This document shows, piece after piece, positions 9,074 through 19,709 of a DNA stretch of 64,000 nucleotides. Origin of the DNA: Acidobacteriota bacterium. GTDB taxonomy: Bacteria > Actinomycetota > Acidimicrobiia > Spongiisociales > UBA5794. Position 1 is the stretch's first letter; every line of letters starts with the position of its first letter. The stretch lies in contig JADFQA010000007.1 of assembly GCA_022562055.1 (NCBI GenBank), positions 3,680 to 67,679 of the forward strand. Direction: 5' to 3'. A program made the position numbers and the translations under genes. Below the pieces are notes generated by a model. That model had not been told where the DNA came from, made no database searches, and saw nothing but the letters and a program-made list of their open reading frames with translations.

Positions 9074-9832
9074 ATGAAAACTACGACCAGATTGGTTGCG
9101 TTCATCGCTGTTCTTGCGGTCGTCGTGGCCGCATGTGGAAGCGACGGTGCATCTACGATCGCCGACGGCAAACTGACGATTTGTTCGGAAATACCGTACG
9201 AGCCGTTCGAAATGGACGACGGCAGCGGCGGTTACACCGGGTTCGATATCGAACTGGCTGAGGCCATCGCTGGCGAGATGGGTCTTGACCTTGCGGTGAT
9301 CAACACCGGGTTTGATGGGATCCTTCTTGAGGTCGCATCGGGAGGATGTGACATGGTGGCCTCTGCAATGACGATCACGGCCGAAAGGGCTGAGAACGCT
9401 TCGTTCTCAGATTCGTACTTCAGTGCCGACCAGTCACTGCTCGTGCTGGCCGAGATGGGCACACCGAAACTTTCTGAGTTCGGCGGCAAGAAGATCGGCG
9501 TTCAGAGCAGCACCACCGGTGAGGCGTACGCCAAGGAGAACGCACCGGCTGACACGGAGATCGTCTCGTTCGAGTCTGGTGAGGACCTGTTCCTGGCCCT
9601 GACGTCAAACGCTGTCGACGCAATCCTCCAGGATCTGCCCGTCAACGGCTACCGGGCGCAAACGGATTCAGCCTTCTCGCTTGCGGACACATTCACGACT
9701 GATGAGCAGTACGGGTTCGCAATGGCGAAAGGCAGTGACCTCGTTGCCGAGGTAAACAAGGCACTCAAGACGTTGCGTGACAACGGCACGTACGGTGACC
9801 TACACGAGAAGTACTTCGGTACGCGAGGGTAA
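9074..9832 (+). CDS. Polar amino-acid ABC transporter substrate-binding lipoprotein (GlnH/ArtJ-like, family 3 SBP)
   Basis: Signal peptide with lipobox LAVVVAACGS. SBP_bac_3-like sequence (GFDIELAEAIAGEMG, TITAERAE). AGGGAG RBS before ATG at 9074. Confidence 0.85.
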   Translation: MKTTTRLVAFIAVLAVVVAACGSDGASTIADGKLTICSEIPYEPFEMDDGSGGYTGFDIELAEAIAGEMGLDLAVINTGFDGILLEVASGGCDMVASAMTITAERAENASFSDSYFSADQSLLVLAEMGTPKLSEFGGKKIGVQSSTTGEAYAKENAPADTEIVSFESGEDLFLALTSNAVDAILQDLPVNGYRAQTDSAFSLADTFTTDEQYGFAMAKGSDLVAEVNKALKTLRDNGTYGDLHEKYFGTRG

Positions 9833-9899
9833 AACTACATACCAGTACCTGATGGGGGACCTTCGGGTCTCCCATCTCGTTCAGTTGAGGGAGTAGCAA

Positions 9900-10700
9900 G
9901 TGGCTAGCTGGGCATCGTTGTCGAGGCGGCGGCGGACAATTGTCTTGCGTCGCATTGCATACAGCGTATCGCTTGTCATCGTCGTAGTTGTCGGATTCGT
10001 GATCGACTGGGTCAGCCTGTCGGATTCGATGATCAGGCCGTCGATCATCGTGGATCAGTTCCCCAGAATTGTGACTGTTGCCGCACGGAACACGCTGATT
10101 TTTACGTTCTTTGGTTTCGTTGGCGGTCTGATGATCGGTCTGGTTGTCGCCCTTGGGAGGATTTCGCAGGCGAGACCGTTCCGGATAGCAAGCGGTGTGT
10201 TTGTCGACGTCATTCGTGGAATCCCTTTGCTTGTGTGGATATTGATCATCGGTTTTGGGATTCCGATCGCGACCGGGGTTCGTATTCCCGGCGCATACGG
10301 AGCGGGTTCGTTGGCTCTTGCGATTGTCGCAGGTGGCTACATGGCAGAAACGATCCGGTCAGGGATCGAGGCGGTCCCGCGCGGTCAGATGGAGGCTGCG
10401 CGTTCGGTCGGGATGACCTACACCCGCGCAATGTGGACGATAGTTCTGCCGCAGGCGTTTCGAATCATCATTCCTCCCCTCACGAACGAACTTGTCTTGT
10501 TGATCAAGGACACGTCGCTGGTATCCGTGCTCGGCGTGACCGCCGGCACCATCGAACTCACCAAGTTTGGCCGATCGGCATCCGCTACGGCGTTCAATGC
10601 GACTCCGCTGATAACGGCCGCGCTCGTGTACCTCGCCATCACTCTGCCGATGATTCGAGTTGTCGCGATCCTTGAGAAAAAGGCGGCGGCGTCACGATGA
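9900..10700 (+). CDS. Amino-acid ABC transporter permease (His/Glu/Gln/Arg/opine family)
   Basis: Multi-TM protein with the EAA-like loop motif of polar amino-acid permeases; ends 4 nt into the next gene. Confidence 0.85.
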   Translation: MASWASLSRRRRTIVLRRIAYSVSLVIVVVVGFVIDWVSLSDSMIRPSIIVDQFPRIVTVAARNTLIFTFFGFVGGLMIGLVVALGRISQARPFRIASGVFVDVIRGIPLLVWILIIGFGIPIATGVRIPGAYGAGSLALAIVAGGYMAETIRSGIEAVPRGQMEAARSVGMTYTRAMWTIVLPQAFRIIIPPLTNELVLLIKDTSLVSVLGVTAGTIELTKFGRSASATAFNATPLITAALVYLAITLPMIRVVAILEKKAAASR

Positions 10701-11443
10701 GCAAAGTTGTTGGTACCCCGGTCATTGAGGTGCAAAACCTCCACAAATACTTTGGTGACTTGGAGGTGCTCAAGGGGATCGATTTCGTGGTTCGCTCCGG
10801 TGAAGTCGTGTGCATCATCGGGCCCTCAGGATCGGGAAAATCGACTTTGCTTCGGTGTATCAACCGTCTTGAAGAGGCGACGTCGGGCAATATTCTCATT
10901 GAGGGCGAGGACATCACCGACATCGACGCCGATGTTGATGCGCTTCGAACCAAGATCGGGATGGTGTTCCAACGGTTCAACTTGTTTCCACACCTCACGG
11001 TTGTCGAGAACCTCACCGTTGCTCAGGTCAAGGTGTTAAAGCGATCAAAACAGGACGCCCTTGAGATCGCCAACGCCAACCTGGAGCGTGTTGGCCTCAT
11101 GGAGAAGGCCAGCGATTTTCCGCGGACCCTGTCGGGAGGACAGCAGCAACGCGTCGCTATCGCAAGGGCGCTGTCGATGGAGCCAGAGATGATGTTGTTC
11201 GACGAAGTTACCAGCGCTCTCGATCCAGAACTCGTCGGCGAGGTGCTTACGGTCATGCGAACCCTTGCGGAGGAGGGGATGACGATGATGGTCGTGACCC
11301 ATGAGATGGATTTTGCTCGTGGCGTTGCAGATCGGGTCGTGTTCATGGACGCTGGCGTCGTGTGTGAGGAGGGTCCGCCTGGCGATATCCTCGTGAGTCC
11401 ACAGACCGAGCGTCTCCAGCAGTTCTTGCGAGTGATCAGTTAG
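10697..11443 (+). CDS. Amino-acid ABC transporter ATP-binding protein (GlnQ-like)
   Basis: Walker [25 protein letters not shown], Walker [13 protein letters not shown]; 248 aa. Confidence 0.9.
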   Translation: MSKVVGTPVIEVQNLHKYFGDLEVLKGIDFVVRSGEVVCIIGPSGSGKSTLLRCINRLEEATSGNILIEGEDITDIDADVDALRTKIGMVFQRFNLFPHLTVVENLTVAQVKVLKRSKQDALEIANANLERVGLMEKASDFPRTLSGGQQQRVAIARALSMEPEMMLFDEVTSALDPELVGEVLTVMRTLAEEGMTMMVVTHEMDFARGVADRVVFMDAGVVCEEGPPGDILVSPQTERLQQFLRVIS

Positions 11444-11445
11444 CG

Positions 11446-14400
11446 CTACATGTTGCGTCGGTACTGACCGCCGACGTTGTACAGCGCAGCGGAAATCTGT
11501 CCGAGTGAGCACACTTTTGTGGTCTCAAGCAACGACTCAAACACGTTGCTGCCGTGCAGCGCCGTCTCTTGAAGCTCAGCTAGTGCAGTGACGGAACTCG
11601 CTGCGTTGTGTGCGTGATAGTCGGCAAGCTGACTAATAAGTCGGTCCTTGTCCTCATCGGTCGACCGAATGATTTCTCCCGGCACCACAAACGGGCTGCC
11701 CGAATCTGATAGAAAGGTGTTGACTCCGATGATGGGGAACTCGCCCGACTCTTTGAGTTGCTCGTAGTACATCGATTCTTCTTGAATCTTGGTGCGCTGA
11801 TATTGGCTTTCCATCGCACCCAAAACGCCACCGCGTGCGGTCAAGTTATCAAACTCAGCCAGCACCGCTTCCTCGACGAGGTCTGTAAGGTCGTCGATGA
11901 TGAACGAGCCTTGGAGCGGGTTTTCGTTCATGGTCAAACCCAGCTCGCGGTTCACGATGAGTTGAATCGCAAGCGCTCGGCGCACGGATTCGACGGTCGG
12001 AGTCGTAATGGCCTCGTTGTAGGCGTTGGTGTGTAGCGAGTTGCAGTTGTCGTAGATCGCGTACAGGGCCTGGAGCGTGGTGCGGATGTCGTTGAAGTCA
12101 ATGTCCTGCGCATGCAAGGATCGCCCCGACGTCTGGATGTGGTATTTAAGTTTCTGTGACCGCTCGTTGCCGCCGTACTTCAGCTTGATCGCCTTGGCCC
12201 AAATGCGACGGGCAACACGTCCAATCACGGCATACTCGGGGTCGACGCCGTTTGAGAAGAAGAAGCTGAGATTCGGTGCGAAGTCGTCGATGTCGAGTCC
12301 GCGCGACAGGTAGTACTCGACAAACGTAAACCCGTTCGCCAGCGTGAAGGCAAGTTGTGAGATGGGGTTCGCACCCGCTTCGGCCATGTGATAACCAGAG
12401 ATCGAAACCGAGTAGAAATTTCGGATGTTGTTGGCAATGAAGTACTCCTGCACATCACCCATCATCCGCAGCGCAAACTCTGTCGAGAATATGCACGTGT
12501 TCTGCGCCTGATCCTCTTTGAGTATGTCGGCTTGCACCGTCCCGCGCACAGCAGCCAACGTATCTGACTTGATCTGTTCGTACACTTCCGCAGGCAGCAC
12601 CAAGTCTCCGGTCACGCCGAGAAGAAGAAGCCCCAGCCCGTCGCTTCCTTCCGGGAGGTCTCCCGAGTACGTTGGTGCGACTGTGCTGTGTAGATCGGCG
12701 ATCTTGCGCCGCGTTTCATCCACCAGGTCGTGCTGGGTGATGTAGCGCTCGCATTGCTGGTCGATCGCGGCATTGAGGTAGAACCCAAGAAGTATCGGCG
12801 CCGGACCATTGATCGTCATCGACACCGATGTTGATGGGTCGACGAGGTCGAAACCGCTGTAGAGCCGCTTCATGTCATCGAGGGTGGCGATCGACACACC
12901 AGAGTTGCCAACCTTGCCGTACACATCAGGGCGGGATTCGGGGTTCTGTCCGTACAGTGTCACAGAGTCGAATGCTGTGGAGAGCCGCTTTGCCGGCACA
13001 CCGAGTGACAAATAGTGGAAGCGGCGGTTGGTCTGCTCGGCGCTTCCTTCGCCGGCAAACATGCGTGTCGGATCTTCATCCTGCCGCTTGAATGGGAACA
13101 CCCCGGCCGCAAACGGGAATGCACCGGGGACGTTCTCATGGAGCAGCCACCGTAAACGGTCGCCGTGGCTCGAGAACCGAGGCAGAGACACTTTGGGGAT
13201 CCTGGTATGTGCGAGAGATTCTCCCGCGAGAGTCGCGGATATCTTGCGATCTCGCACGAGGTAGGTCAGCTCGGTGCCGGTGTAGGACCGCACAAGGTCC
13301 TCCCAACCCTCGAGCATGGCGGCGTTTTTTGGATCGAGTTCGGCGGTGAGCGCTGCTTGGACGGTGTCAAGCGCACTCTGGGCCGCCTCGTCTGAGACTT
13401 CGGTTAGCGCGACCTCAAGGCCCTGAATGCGGTCGGCTAACGTCGCCTGCTCGTCGACCCTTAGGCCGTACCCTCGGATTACCTCAGTGATTTCTGAGAG
13501 ATAGCGGACGCGCTCCGCAGGTACCACGGCGGCCCCCTGTGGAGGGGCTTCCACGAGCGGGCTCTCGATGTCGAACGAAGCGTTGGCCGCCCGACCGACA
13601 AGCTGCATCAGTTTCTCGAAAACCGTGTTCACCCCGGCGTCATTGAACTGGCTCGCAACCGTTGCATACACCGGGATCTCGTCGTCGGATTGTTCGAACA
13701 TCACGCGACTGCGCCGGTACTGCTTGCGAACATCTCTCACGGCGTCGAGTGCCCCGCGTTTGTCCGCCTTGTTGATGACGATGACGTCGGCGAAGTCGAT
13801 CATGTCGATCTTCTCAAGCTGGCTGGCGGCACCATATTCGGGTGTCATCACATACAGAGTGACGTCTGCGTGATCAACGATTTCGGTGTCCGACTGACCG
13901 ATCCCTGAGGTTTCGAGGATCACCAGATCGTATCCGGCCGCTTTGACAATGTTGATTGCGTCGTGGACGTGACGCGGCAGCGCAAGATTTGCCTGCCGTG
14001 TGGCGAGGGACCGCATGTAGCAGCGCTCATCACTGATGGCGTTCATACGAATGCGGTCCCCGAGCAAAGCCCCCCCGGTACGCCGTTTCGAGGGGTCGAC
14101 ACACAGCACCGCGACTGTTTTCTTGACATACGCAGATAGGAATCGACGGACGATTTCGTCGACCAGCGACGACTTGCCGGCGCCCCCTGTGCCGGTGATG
14201 CCAAGGACCGGTACTCCTGACTGCTCAGCCAGGCTCTCTATCACGGTGGACATGCCGACGAAATTGCTCGGAAGATTCTCCGCAATACTTATGACACGAG
14301 CGGTGATCGTCGGATTCGCCGTCGACAGGGGAGTGTCAGCAACGGAGTCGACCGATGGGCGTGCGACCTTGCGTGCCGCGGCGATCATGTCATCAACCAT

Positions 14401-14820
14401 TCCCTGGAGACCGAGGCGCCGTCCGTCGTCGGGCGAATACAACGTTGCAATGCCGTCGTTTGCGAGAGCCTTGACTTCGTCGGGCAGGATCGTGCCACCA
14501 CCACCGCCGAACACCTGTATGTGGTTGCCGCCTCCGTCGTTGAGCAATTCGCGAACGTACCTGAAGAACTCGTCGTGGCCACCCTGGTAGGACGTGATCG
14601 CGATGGCATGTGCGTCTTCCTGGAGGGCGGTCTGAACGATGTCGCGGGCCGTACGGTTGTGACCGAGATGGATAACCTCGACACCGGATGCCTGGAGAAT
14701 GCGCCGAAACATGTTGATCGAGGCGTCGTGCCCGTCAAACAGGGAGGTCGCGGTTACAAAGCGAAGCGGTGATCCTTTGGACTCTGGTTGTTTGACCTCG
14801 GTGGACTGTGTCTGAGTCAC
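11446..14820 (-). CDS. icmF: Fused isobutyryl-CoA mutase IcmF (B12-binding domain, MeaB-like G-protein domain, and mutase TIM-barrel domain)
   Basis: 1124 aa. N-terminal [10 protein letters not shown] cobalamin-binding motif, central [14 protein letters not shown]-loop with NKAD motif, and a C-terminal methylmalonyl-CoA-mutase-like catalytic domain. Confidence 0.9.
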   Translation of the reverse strand: MTQTQSTEVKQPESKGSPLRFVTATSLFDGHDASINMFRRILQASGVEVIHLGHNRTARDIVQTALQEDAHAIAITSYQGGHDEFFRYVRELLNDGGGNHIQVFGGGGGTILPDEVKALANDGIATLYSPDDGRRLGLQGMVDDMIAAARKVARPSVDSVADTPLSTANPTITARVISIAENLPSNFVGMSTVIESLAEQSGVPVLGITGTGGAGKSSLVDEIVRRFLSAYVKKTVAVLCVDPSKRRTGGALLGDRIRMNAISDERCYMRSLATRQANLALPRHVHDAINIVKAAGYDLVILETSGIGQSDTEIVDHADVTLYVMTPEYGAASQLEKIDMIDFADVIVINKADKRGALDAVRDVRKQYRRSRVMFEQSDDEIPVYATVASQFNDAGVNTVFEKLMQLVGRAANASFDIESPLVEAPPQGAAVVPAERVRYLSEITEVIRGYGLRVDEQATLADRIQGLEVALTEVSDEAAQSALDTVQAALTAELDPKNAAMLEGWEDLVRSYTGTELTYLVRDRKISATLAGESLAHTRIPKVSLPRFSSHGDRLRWLLHENVPGAFPFAAGVFPFKRQDEDPTRMFAGEGSAEQTNRRFHYLSLGVPAKRLSTAFDSVTLYGQNPESRPDVYGKVGNSGVSIATLDDMKRLYSGFDLVDPSTSVSMTINGPAPILLGFYLNAAIDQQCERYITQHDLVDETRRKIADLHSTVAPTYSGDLPEGSDGLGLLLLGVTGDLVLPAEVYEQIKSDTLAAVRGTVQADILKEDQAQNTCIFSTEFALRMMGDVQEYFIANNIRNFYSVSISGYHMAEAGANPISQLAFTLANGFTFVEYYLSRGLDIDDFAPNLSFFFSNGVDPEYAVIGRVARRIWAKAIKLKYGGNERSQKLKYHIQTSGRSLHAQDIDFNDIRTTLQALYAIYDNCNSLHTNAYNEAITTPTVESVRRALAIQLIVNRELGLTMNENPLQGSFIIDDLTDLVEEAVLAEFDNLTARGGVLGAMESQYQRTKIQEESMYYEQLKESGEFPIIGVNTFLSDSGSPFVVPGEIIRSTDEDKDRLISQLADYHAHNAASSVTALAELQETALHGSNVFESLLETTKVCSLGQISAALYNVGGQYRRNM

Positions 14821-15407
14821 GCTGCCCTCCCGGTCGTCAACAGGCGGATTCCCTGGCTTGCAATGGTTGCGGCCGTCGCACGCGCCGAGACACCCACCGA
14901 CGGGTCATACCACTGGTACACCCAATTCATCAGTGACAGAATCGCAACCGCTGTGTCGCGGGGGTCGACTGTGCCATCCGCCTCACCACTTATCTGAGCA
15001 TCGATGACTAACTTGCGGACAAATCGATCGTATGTGAGGCGATCTCGCCAGATGCGGTCAGCATTGGGTGCGTCGAGCGATCGGAACTCTTGAAAGTAGA
15101 CGCGGATGCCGTTGAGATGGTCGATGTTGTACATCACATGGTCGGAAATGAACCATGACAACGTCTCCAAAGGAGAGCCGGTTTGTTTGCAGGCTTCGGA
15201 AAGCCGGTCCAGCGCCGAGTCGTGGACGGACTGGATGACGGCCTCGAGCAACGCCTGTTTCCCCGAAATATGGTGGTACAAACTGCCCTTGAGCATGCCT
15301 ACATCGTTCGCAATATCTTGCACCGATGTCGCACCGTAACCCTTTGTTGCAAACAGTCGGGCTGCAACCGTCACGATTTCTGTATAGCGGGGAGTTGTTG
15401 TCGCCAT
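14817..15407 (-). CDS. TetR family transcriptional regulator, translationally coupled to icmF
   Basis: N-terminal TetR HTH ([31 protein letters not shown]). The stop overlaps the icmF start by 4 nt. ATG at 15407. Confidence 0.8.
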   Translation of the reverse strand: MATTTPRYTEIVTVAARLFATKGYGATSVQDIANDVGMLKGSLYHHISGKQALLEAVIQSVHDSALDRLSEACKQTGSPLETLSWFISDHVMYNIDHLNGIRVYFQEFRSLDAPNADRIWRDRLTYDRFVRKLVIDAQISGEADGTVDPRDTAVAILSLMNWVYQWYDPSVGVSARATAATIASQGIRLLTTGRAA

Positions 15408-15417
15408 GTGCTGATTG

Positions 15418-15433
15418 TACCAAACGTTTGGTA
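15418..15433. promoter_or_regulatory. Perfect 16-bp palindrome TACCAAACGTTTGGTA, candidate TetR operator
   Basis: Exact dyad lying 11 nt upstream of the tetR start codon in the tetR/pyk divergent intergenic region. Confidence 0.6.
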
Positions 15434-15496
15434 GGTTGGGAAGGGCGTAGCTAGCTGCAATTGGGGCTTGTCGATGAATGGGGTAGATTCGTTGGC

Positions 15497-16933
15497 ATGG
15501 AGCGCAAGACAAAAATTATCGCAACACTCGGACCAGCAGTTGCAAGTTTCGAGGGGATCTGCGGTCTCATCGAAGCCGGCATGAACGTCGCCCGGCTCAA
15601 CTTCTCGCACGGCACTCACGAATCACATGCACAGATGATCGAGTGGGTGCACGGCGCCGCGGACAAACTTGAACGGCCGATCGCGATTCTCCAAGATATT
15701 CAGGGTCCTCGGATCCGCGTTGGGTCCTTTGCTGGTGGAGAGATTGAGTTGTCAGACGGTGACATCATCCATCTCGAGCCGGGGACGGACTCCATGGATG
15801 GCTCGACGATCTTTGTTGAGAACCTCCAGCACGTCACCCTCTCAGCCGGGTCACCAATTCTATTGGCGGACGGTCTCATCGGCCTCGAGGTCACCGGTGT
15901 CGATGGCACTCGGGTGACCGCTCGCGTTGTCGAGGGGGGCACGGTCAAGGACCACAAGGGGGTTGCATTCCCTGGCTCGGCAATGACGCTTCCTGCCGTC
16001 ACCGGGAAAGACGAGGCCGATCTTGCTTTCGGCCAAGAGCAGGAAGTCGACTATGTGGCGGTGTCGTTTGTGTCCTCGGGCAGCGACATTCGCGACGTCC
16101 GTCGCATCATTGGGTCCGACACGCCGATAATCGCAAAGATCGAAAGCACGATCGGTTACAAGAATCTCGACGACATACTCGATGAGGCATACGGCGCGAT
16201 GGTCGCTCGTGGCGACCTAGGTGTGGAGCTTTCGTTCGAATCGGTGCCTCGCGCTCAGAAGGACATTCTTACGAGAGCCAATGCTCGCGCTCGCCTGACG
16301 ATCACCGCGACCGAAATGCTTGAGTCGATGACCCACTCATCCCGGCCAACTCGCGCCGAAGTCACGGACGTGTTTGGTGCGGTGCTCGACGGTTCGGATG
16401 CCGTCATGCTTTCGGGGGAAACTGCCGTTGGCAAATACCCACAGCGCACGGTTGCCGCCATGGACCGGATCTGCCGTGAAGCTGAGCAGAGTTCACGTTA
16501 TGGCCAGACGGTCCCGGTCGAGTTCACCTCTGACGATGCGCGGTTCGCAGTTGCGACGTCGCAAGCATGTGTCGAGGCAGCCGACTCGCTCGGCCTTCGG
16601 GCAATCGTGGCGTTTACCGAATCGGGCAGCACGGCTCGTCTGATCTCGAAGTATCGACCAAAGGCCGACATCTATGCATACACACCAACGACACGGACAT
16701 ATCGACGAATGGCGTTGTACTCAGGGGTGCGTCCGGGTGTGTTCAGACGGGTGGATTCGACCGACGAGATGATTCTGTACGCAGAGCACCAGCTACTCGA
16801 GGAGGGCATCGTGAAAAAGGGCGATGGTGTTGTGATGGCGGCCGGCATCCCTCCAAACCAGGCGGCGTCGACGAACCTCATGAAACTGCACTCGATAGGC
16901 TCCACGATCGTCGGCGTTCCCACGGGCGATTAG
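15497..16933 (+). CDS. pyk: Pyruvate kinase
   Basis: MERKTKIIATLGPA start, NFSHG, MVARGDLGVE, and the rest of the pyruvate kinase barrel and C-terminal domain; 478 aa. Confidence 0.9.
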   Translation: MERKTKIIATLGPAVASFEGICGLIEAGMNVARLNFSHGTHESHAQMIEWVHGAADKLERPIAILQDIQGPRIRVGSFAGGEIELSDGDIIHLEPGTDSMDGSTIFVENLQHVTLSAGSPILLADGLIGLEVTGVDGTRVTARVVEGGTVKDHKGVAFPGSAMTLPAVTGKDEADLAFGQEQEVDYVAVSFVSSGSDIRDVRRIIGSDTPIIAKIESTIGYKNLDDILDEAYGAMVARGDLGVELSFESVPRAQKDILTRANARARLTITATEMLESMTHSSRPTRAEVTDVFGAVLDGSDAVMLSGETAVGKYPQRTVAAMDRICREAEQSSRYGQTVPVEFTSDDARFAVATSQACVEAADSLGLRAIVAFTESGSTARLISKYRPKADIYAYTPTTRTYRRMALYSGVRPGVFRRVDSTDEMILYAEHQLLEEGIVKKGDGVVMAAGIPPNQAASTNLMKLHSIGSTIVGVPTGD

Positions 16934-16969
16934 GATTGTGAACCTACCGGCACGAGAGGATTCTCCGCA

Positions 16970-17281
16970 ATGGGTCAGAAAATTCAGATCGCCAGCGTCC
17001 GTGTCGTAGGCGACATCGCCTCTTACACCACCGACCGCAACGTCTCTTCTCAGGACGGAGAGACCTTTGCCGGTCTGGCCGACGCGGAGAGTGCCGGCAC
17101 GATTCCTGCTCGGTTGGCAGTGCGGCTTTTCGAAGCGGTCGATGGCATTGTTCACATTTTCGCGGGTTCTAACCACATCGTCATTCGTCGCTCGGGCGGC
17201 TGGGATGAGGCAGCCGAGTCCTCGGCTTCCGCCGTGATTGAGTCGTTCTACAGTCACTACGCCGCAGCATCGCAGGCGTAG
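16970..17281 (+). CDS. Stand-alone Nfu/NifU N-terminal (Nfu_N)-like domain protein
   Basis: IPARLAVRLFEAVDGIVHIFAGSNHIVIRRSGGWDE matches the remembered PLAxxLFxIxGVxxVFxGxxFITVxK...W pattern of Nfu_N; 103 aa. Confidence 0.45.
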   Translation: MGQKIQIASVRVVGDIASYTTDRNVSSQDGETFAGLADAESAGTIPARLAVRLFEAVDGIVHIFAGSNHIVIRRSGGWDEAAESSASAVIESFYSHYAAASQA

Positions 17282-17644
17282 CGTCGCCAGCCATCCGCGG
17301 CTCTCGCAAATATCCCACACTGGTCTCCGCAACTCCGGGGAGGGCCGCTGCATATCTGGCTGGATACGCCTCGCGGGATCGACGCGGACTCACTGCGAGA
17401 CGCGGTGCTTCGACAGGGTGTAGCGATCGTGGCGGGCAGACAATGGCACCCGAGTGACGCCCCCAGCTCGTTCATCCGGTTGAGCTACGCTGCCGTTACC
17501 ACACCTCTTGTCGAGGAGGGTGCGTACCCACTCGCACGAGCGATAGGGCCGGAGATTTGTCCTTGTCGTTCGGTGTTGGTCTATGTTTCGGGCGGGGTGT
17601 ATTCGCCTAGGCGGACGGTGATTGTGGCCCCACCATCGAGGTAG
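17282..17644 (+). pseudogene. C-terminal remnant of a PLP-dependent (class I/II, MocR-like) aminotransferase with no start codon or N-terminal domain
   Basis: The frame opens immediately after the stop of the preceding gene and reads ...GGPLHIWLDTPRGIDADSLRDAVLRQGVAIVAGRQWHPSDAPSSFIRLSYAAVTTPLVEEGAYPLARAI. This is typical of an aminotransferase C-terminus. No ATG appears until 17405, and the 3' end overlaps the convergent VanW gene. Confidence 0.5.
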
Positions 17645-19632
17645 CTGCCGCCAGCGGCGCTCTGGGTCTGCACGATGCCATTCTGTTCGGCGCTTGTAAC
17701 CACGATCGGGTCACCGACCGCAACTCCAAAGCCGGCCGCCGCAAACGTGGCCTGAGCGTTGGCGAATTCCATGCCGACAACCGACGGCACCAGCAGTGGA
17801 CAATCCTCTTCGCTGTCTGGCATGTTGCACGGATGTACCTCGATAATTTTCGTCCGGGGACGGTACGTCGCGGTGTCTTTTTCTTCAGTGACCGTACCGT
17901 CGGGAGCCGTGATAATGCGTGTGATCGTCACCGACCATCCGCCGAGGCCATTGCGCTTGATATGTTCTTCGCCGGGGGCGAGCGAGGCGTCGGGCTCGTA
18001 CTCGGTTTTCGGTTCAGTGAATGCGAATCGCCCCGACCTCTCGGCCTCGCATGTGACGCCGCCGGTGTTGCCATAGAACTGCACGGTGATCGAGGTCGAC
18101 GTGTACTGGGTCTTGATGATGAGGGCCGTCTCGGTGTTGTTACGCAGAATGAGATTCGGCGCCGGCCAAGAAATCGTCGCTTCACGGCCCTCGGGATAGC
18201 GCGAGAAATAGATCGAATGCGGAACATGTCTGATGTCCTCGTAACAACCGAAAAAGATCGCGTTGTAGAACGTAGTTGCGAACTGGCTGACGCCGCCGCC
18301 AATAACCTGTACTAGTTCACCACCCAAGATCATGCCGTCCGACAAGTAGCCCTTTTCAACAGTTCGTTCGCCGACTGCTACGTTGAGCGAATACTCTTCT
18401 CCGGGAAGGACGATGTTTCCGTCGACCGCCTCGGCGAAAAGCTGAATGTTGATAACGCGATTCTGCCCTGCCGGATGGTTGGTGGTGAACTCGCTCACCA
18501 GACCGACTTCGTCCATGGCTTCGGCATCTGCCGTTGTGAACGAAGCCGCCTCCCCTTCGGCAAATGGGAACTCGCCGATCCGCACGCCGGAAGACGCGGT
18601 GGCGAAAATGGCTTCAGCAACGAGGTCGATGTCGAGCGACGTCGATGGACGCGACGGGACGAGTACGACCGGGAATCCCTCGCCTTCGCCGACCTCGGCC
18701 TCCTCGTCGATGGTCCACTCAGCATCGCGAGCCTCCGAGCGCGCAGTCTCACGCAGTGGTTCGATGACGTTGACGAGTTTGTCTCTGTCAAATCCGAGGA
18801 CGATCCGCGGAGTTCCCAAAGTCACCACGTTCGATACGAATGCGTTGATGAGTTGCTGCGAGGTGATGACAAGCTCGATTTCGGGCTGCTCGGAACGGAG
18901 GGTGATTGGCCCGCCGATGAGCAAGTTCGCTTCGCTCACGGCCTTGTCAATATCGTTTCTGGTTAGTGAAGGCTGCACCTCAATTGTTGGAAGCCATGCG
19001 GTGTTTGTGCTTGGGTTCGTGAGGACGTTGGTGAGAATCGCTAATGCGGGGACACGGTCGATTCCCTCACCCGACACCGGGTACTCCGCCTTGGCGAATC
19101 CGCCAGCCATCACTACCGCCCCCTCGTATGCCGGGATGGAGATGGCGTCTTGCTGCCATTGGTCGATCTGTTGATCCAGAAGTACAGGATCGATGGTCAC
19201 CGCAACGTCAATCGTCCGAGTGTCGCCAAACGACGAAAACCAACCCAGTACTTGACCAATCAGACCGGACTCACGTCGTTGTAACAGTGCCTCTTCAACT
19301 ACTTCATCAGTGTTGAGGACGAGGTCGACCGACTTTGGGTCAAGCTGGAACGTAGTGTCCTTGACGGTAATCAAGGCCGGCTCGTCGCGTAGAGCAGCCT
19401 CGTACTCAAGAACAGCAACTGTTGCATCCTCTGGACCGAATCCGCCTACCTCGATTCCCGCAATTGTGACATTGCGAGCGATTTCCCCGTTGCGCGACGA
19501 TATGTCGGCCACGATCACCAGTAAGGGGAACAGCACAACTACGACGAGTAGGTATTTCAGGTTGTTTCGTAATTTCGCGATTACGCGTGCAGCCCCTGCC
19601 GGTGTCGGTGGAAATCGGCGCTCACTCACCAT
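17581..19632 (-). CDS. VanW family protein with N-terminal TM anchor and C-terminal PASTA domain
   Basis: TM LKYLLVVVVLFPLLVIV. VanW core motifs (PGEEYSLNVAVGERTVEKGY, GGGVSQFATTFYNA). C-terminal about 70 aa matching PASTA (VPSVVGMEFANAQATFAAAGFGVAVGDPIVV...). Confidence 0.75.
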   Translation of the reverse strand: MVSERRFPPTPAGAARVIAKLRNNLKYLLVVVVLFPLLVIVADISSRNGEIARNVTIAGIEVGGFGPEDATVAVLEYEAALRDEPALITVKDTTFQLDPKSVDLVLNTDEVVEEALLQRRESGLIGQVLGWFSSFGDTRTIDVAVTIDPVLLDQQIDQWQQDAISIPAYEGAVVMAGGFAKAEYPVSGEGIDRVPALAILTNVLTNPSTNTAWLPTIEVQPSLTRNDIDKAVSEANLLIGGPITLRSEQPEIELVITSQQLINAFVSNVVTLGTPRIVLGFDRDKLVNVIEPLRETARSEARDAEWTIDEEAEVGEGEGFPVVLVPSRPSTSLDIDLVAEAIFATASSGVRIGEFPFAEGEAASFTTADAEAMDEVGLVSEFTTNHPAGQNRVINIQLFAEAVDGNIVLPGEEYSLNVAVGERTVEKGYLSDGMILGGELVQVIGGGVSQFATTFYNAIFFGCYEDIRHVPHSIYFSRYPEGREATISWPAPNLILRNNTETALIIKTQYTSTSITVQFYGNTGGVTCEAERSGRFAFTEPKTEYEPDASLAPGEEHIKRNGLGGWSVTITRIITAPDGTVTEEKDTATYRPRTKIIEVHPCNMPDSEEDCPLLVPSVVGMEFANAQATFAAAGFGVAVGDPIVVTSAEQNGIVQTQSAAGGSYLDGGATITVRLGEYTPPET

Positions 19633-19709
19633 GTGTATGCCGACACCACAGTCTAAATGGTTTCTGAAATTGCACAATATCGCATGTGTGTCGTGCGATA
19701 CGATGGGGC

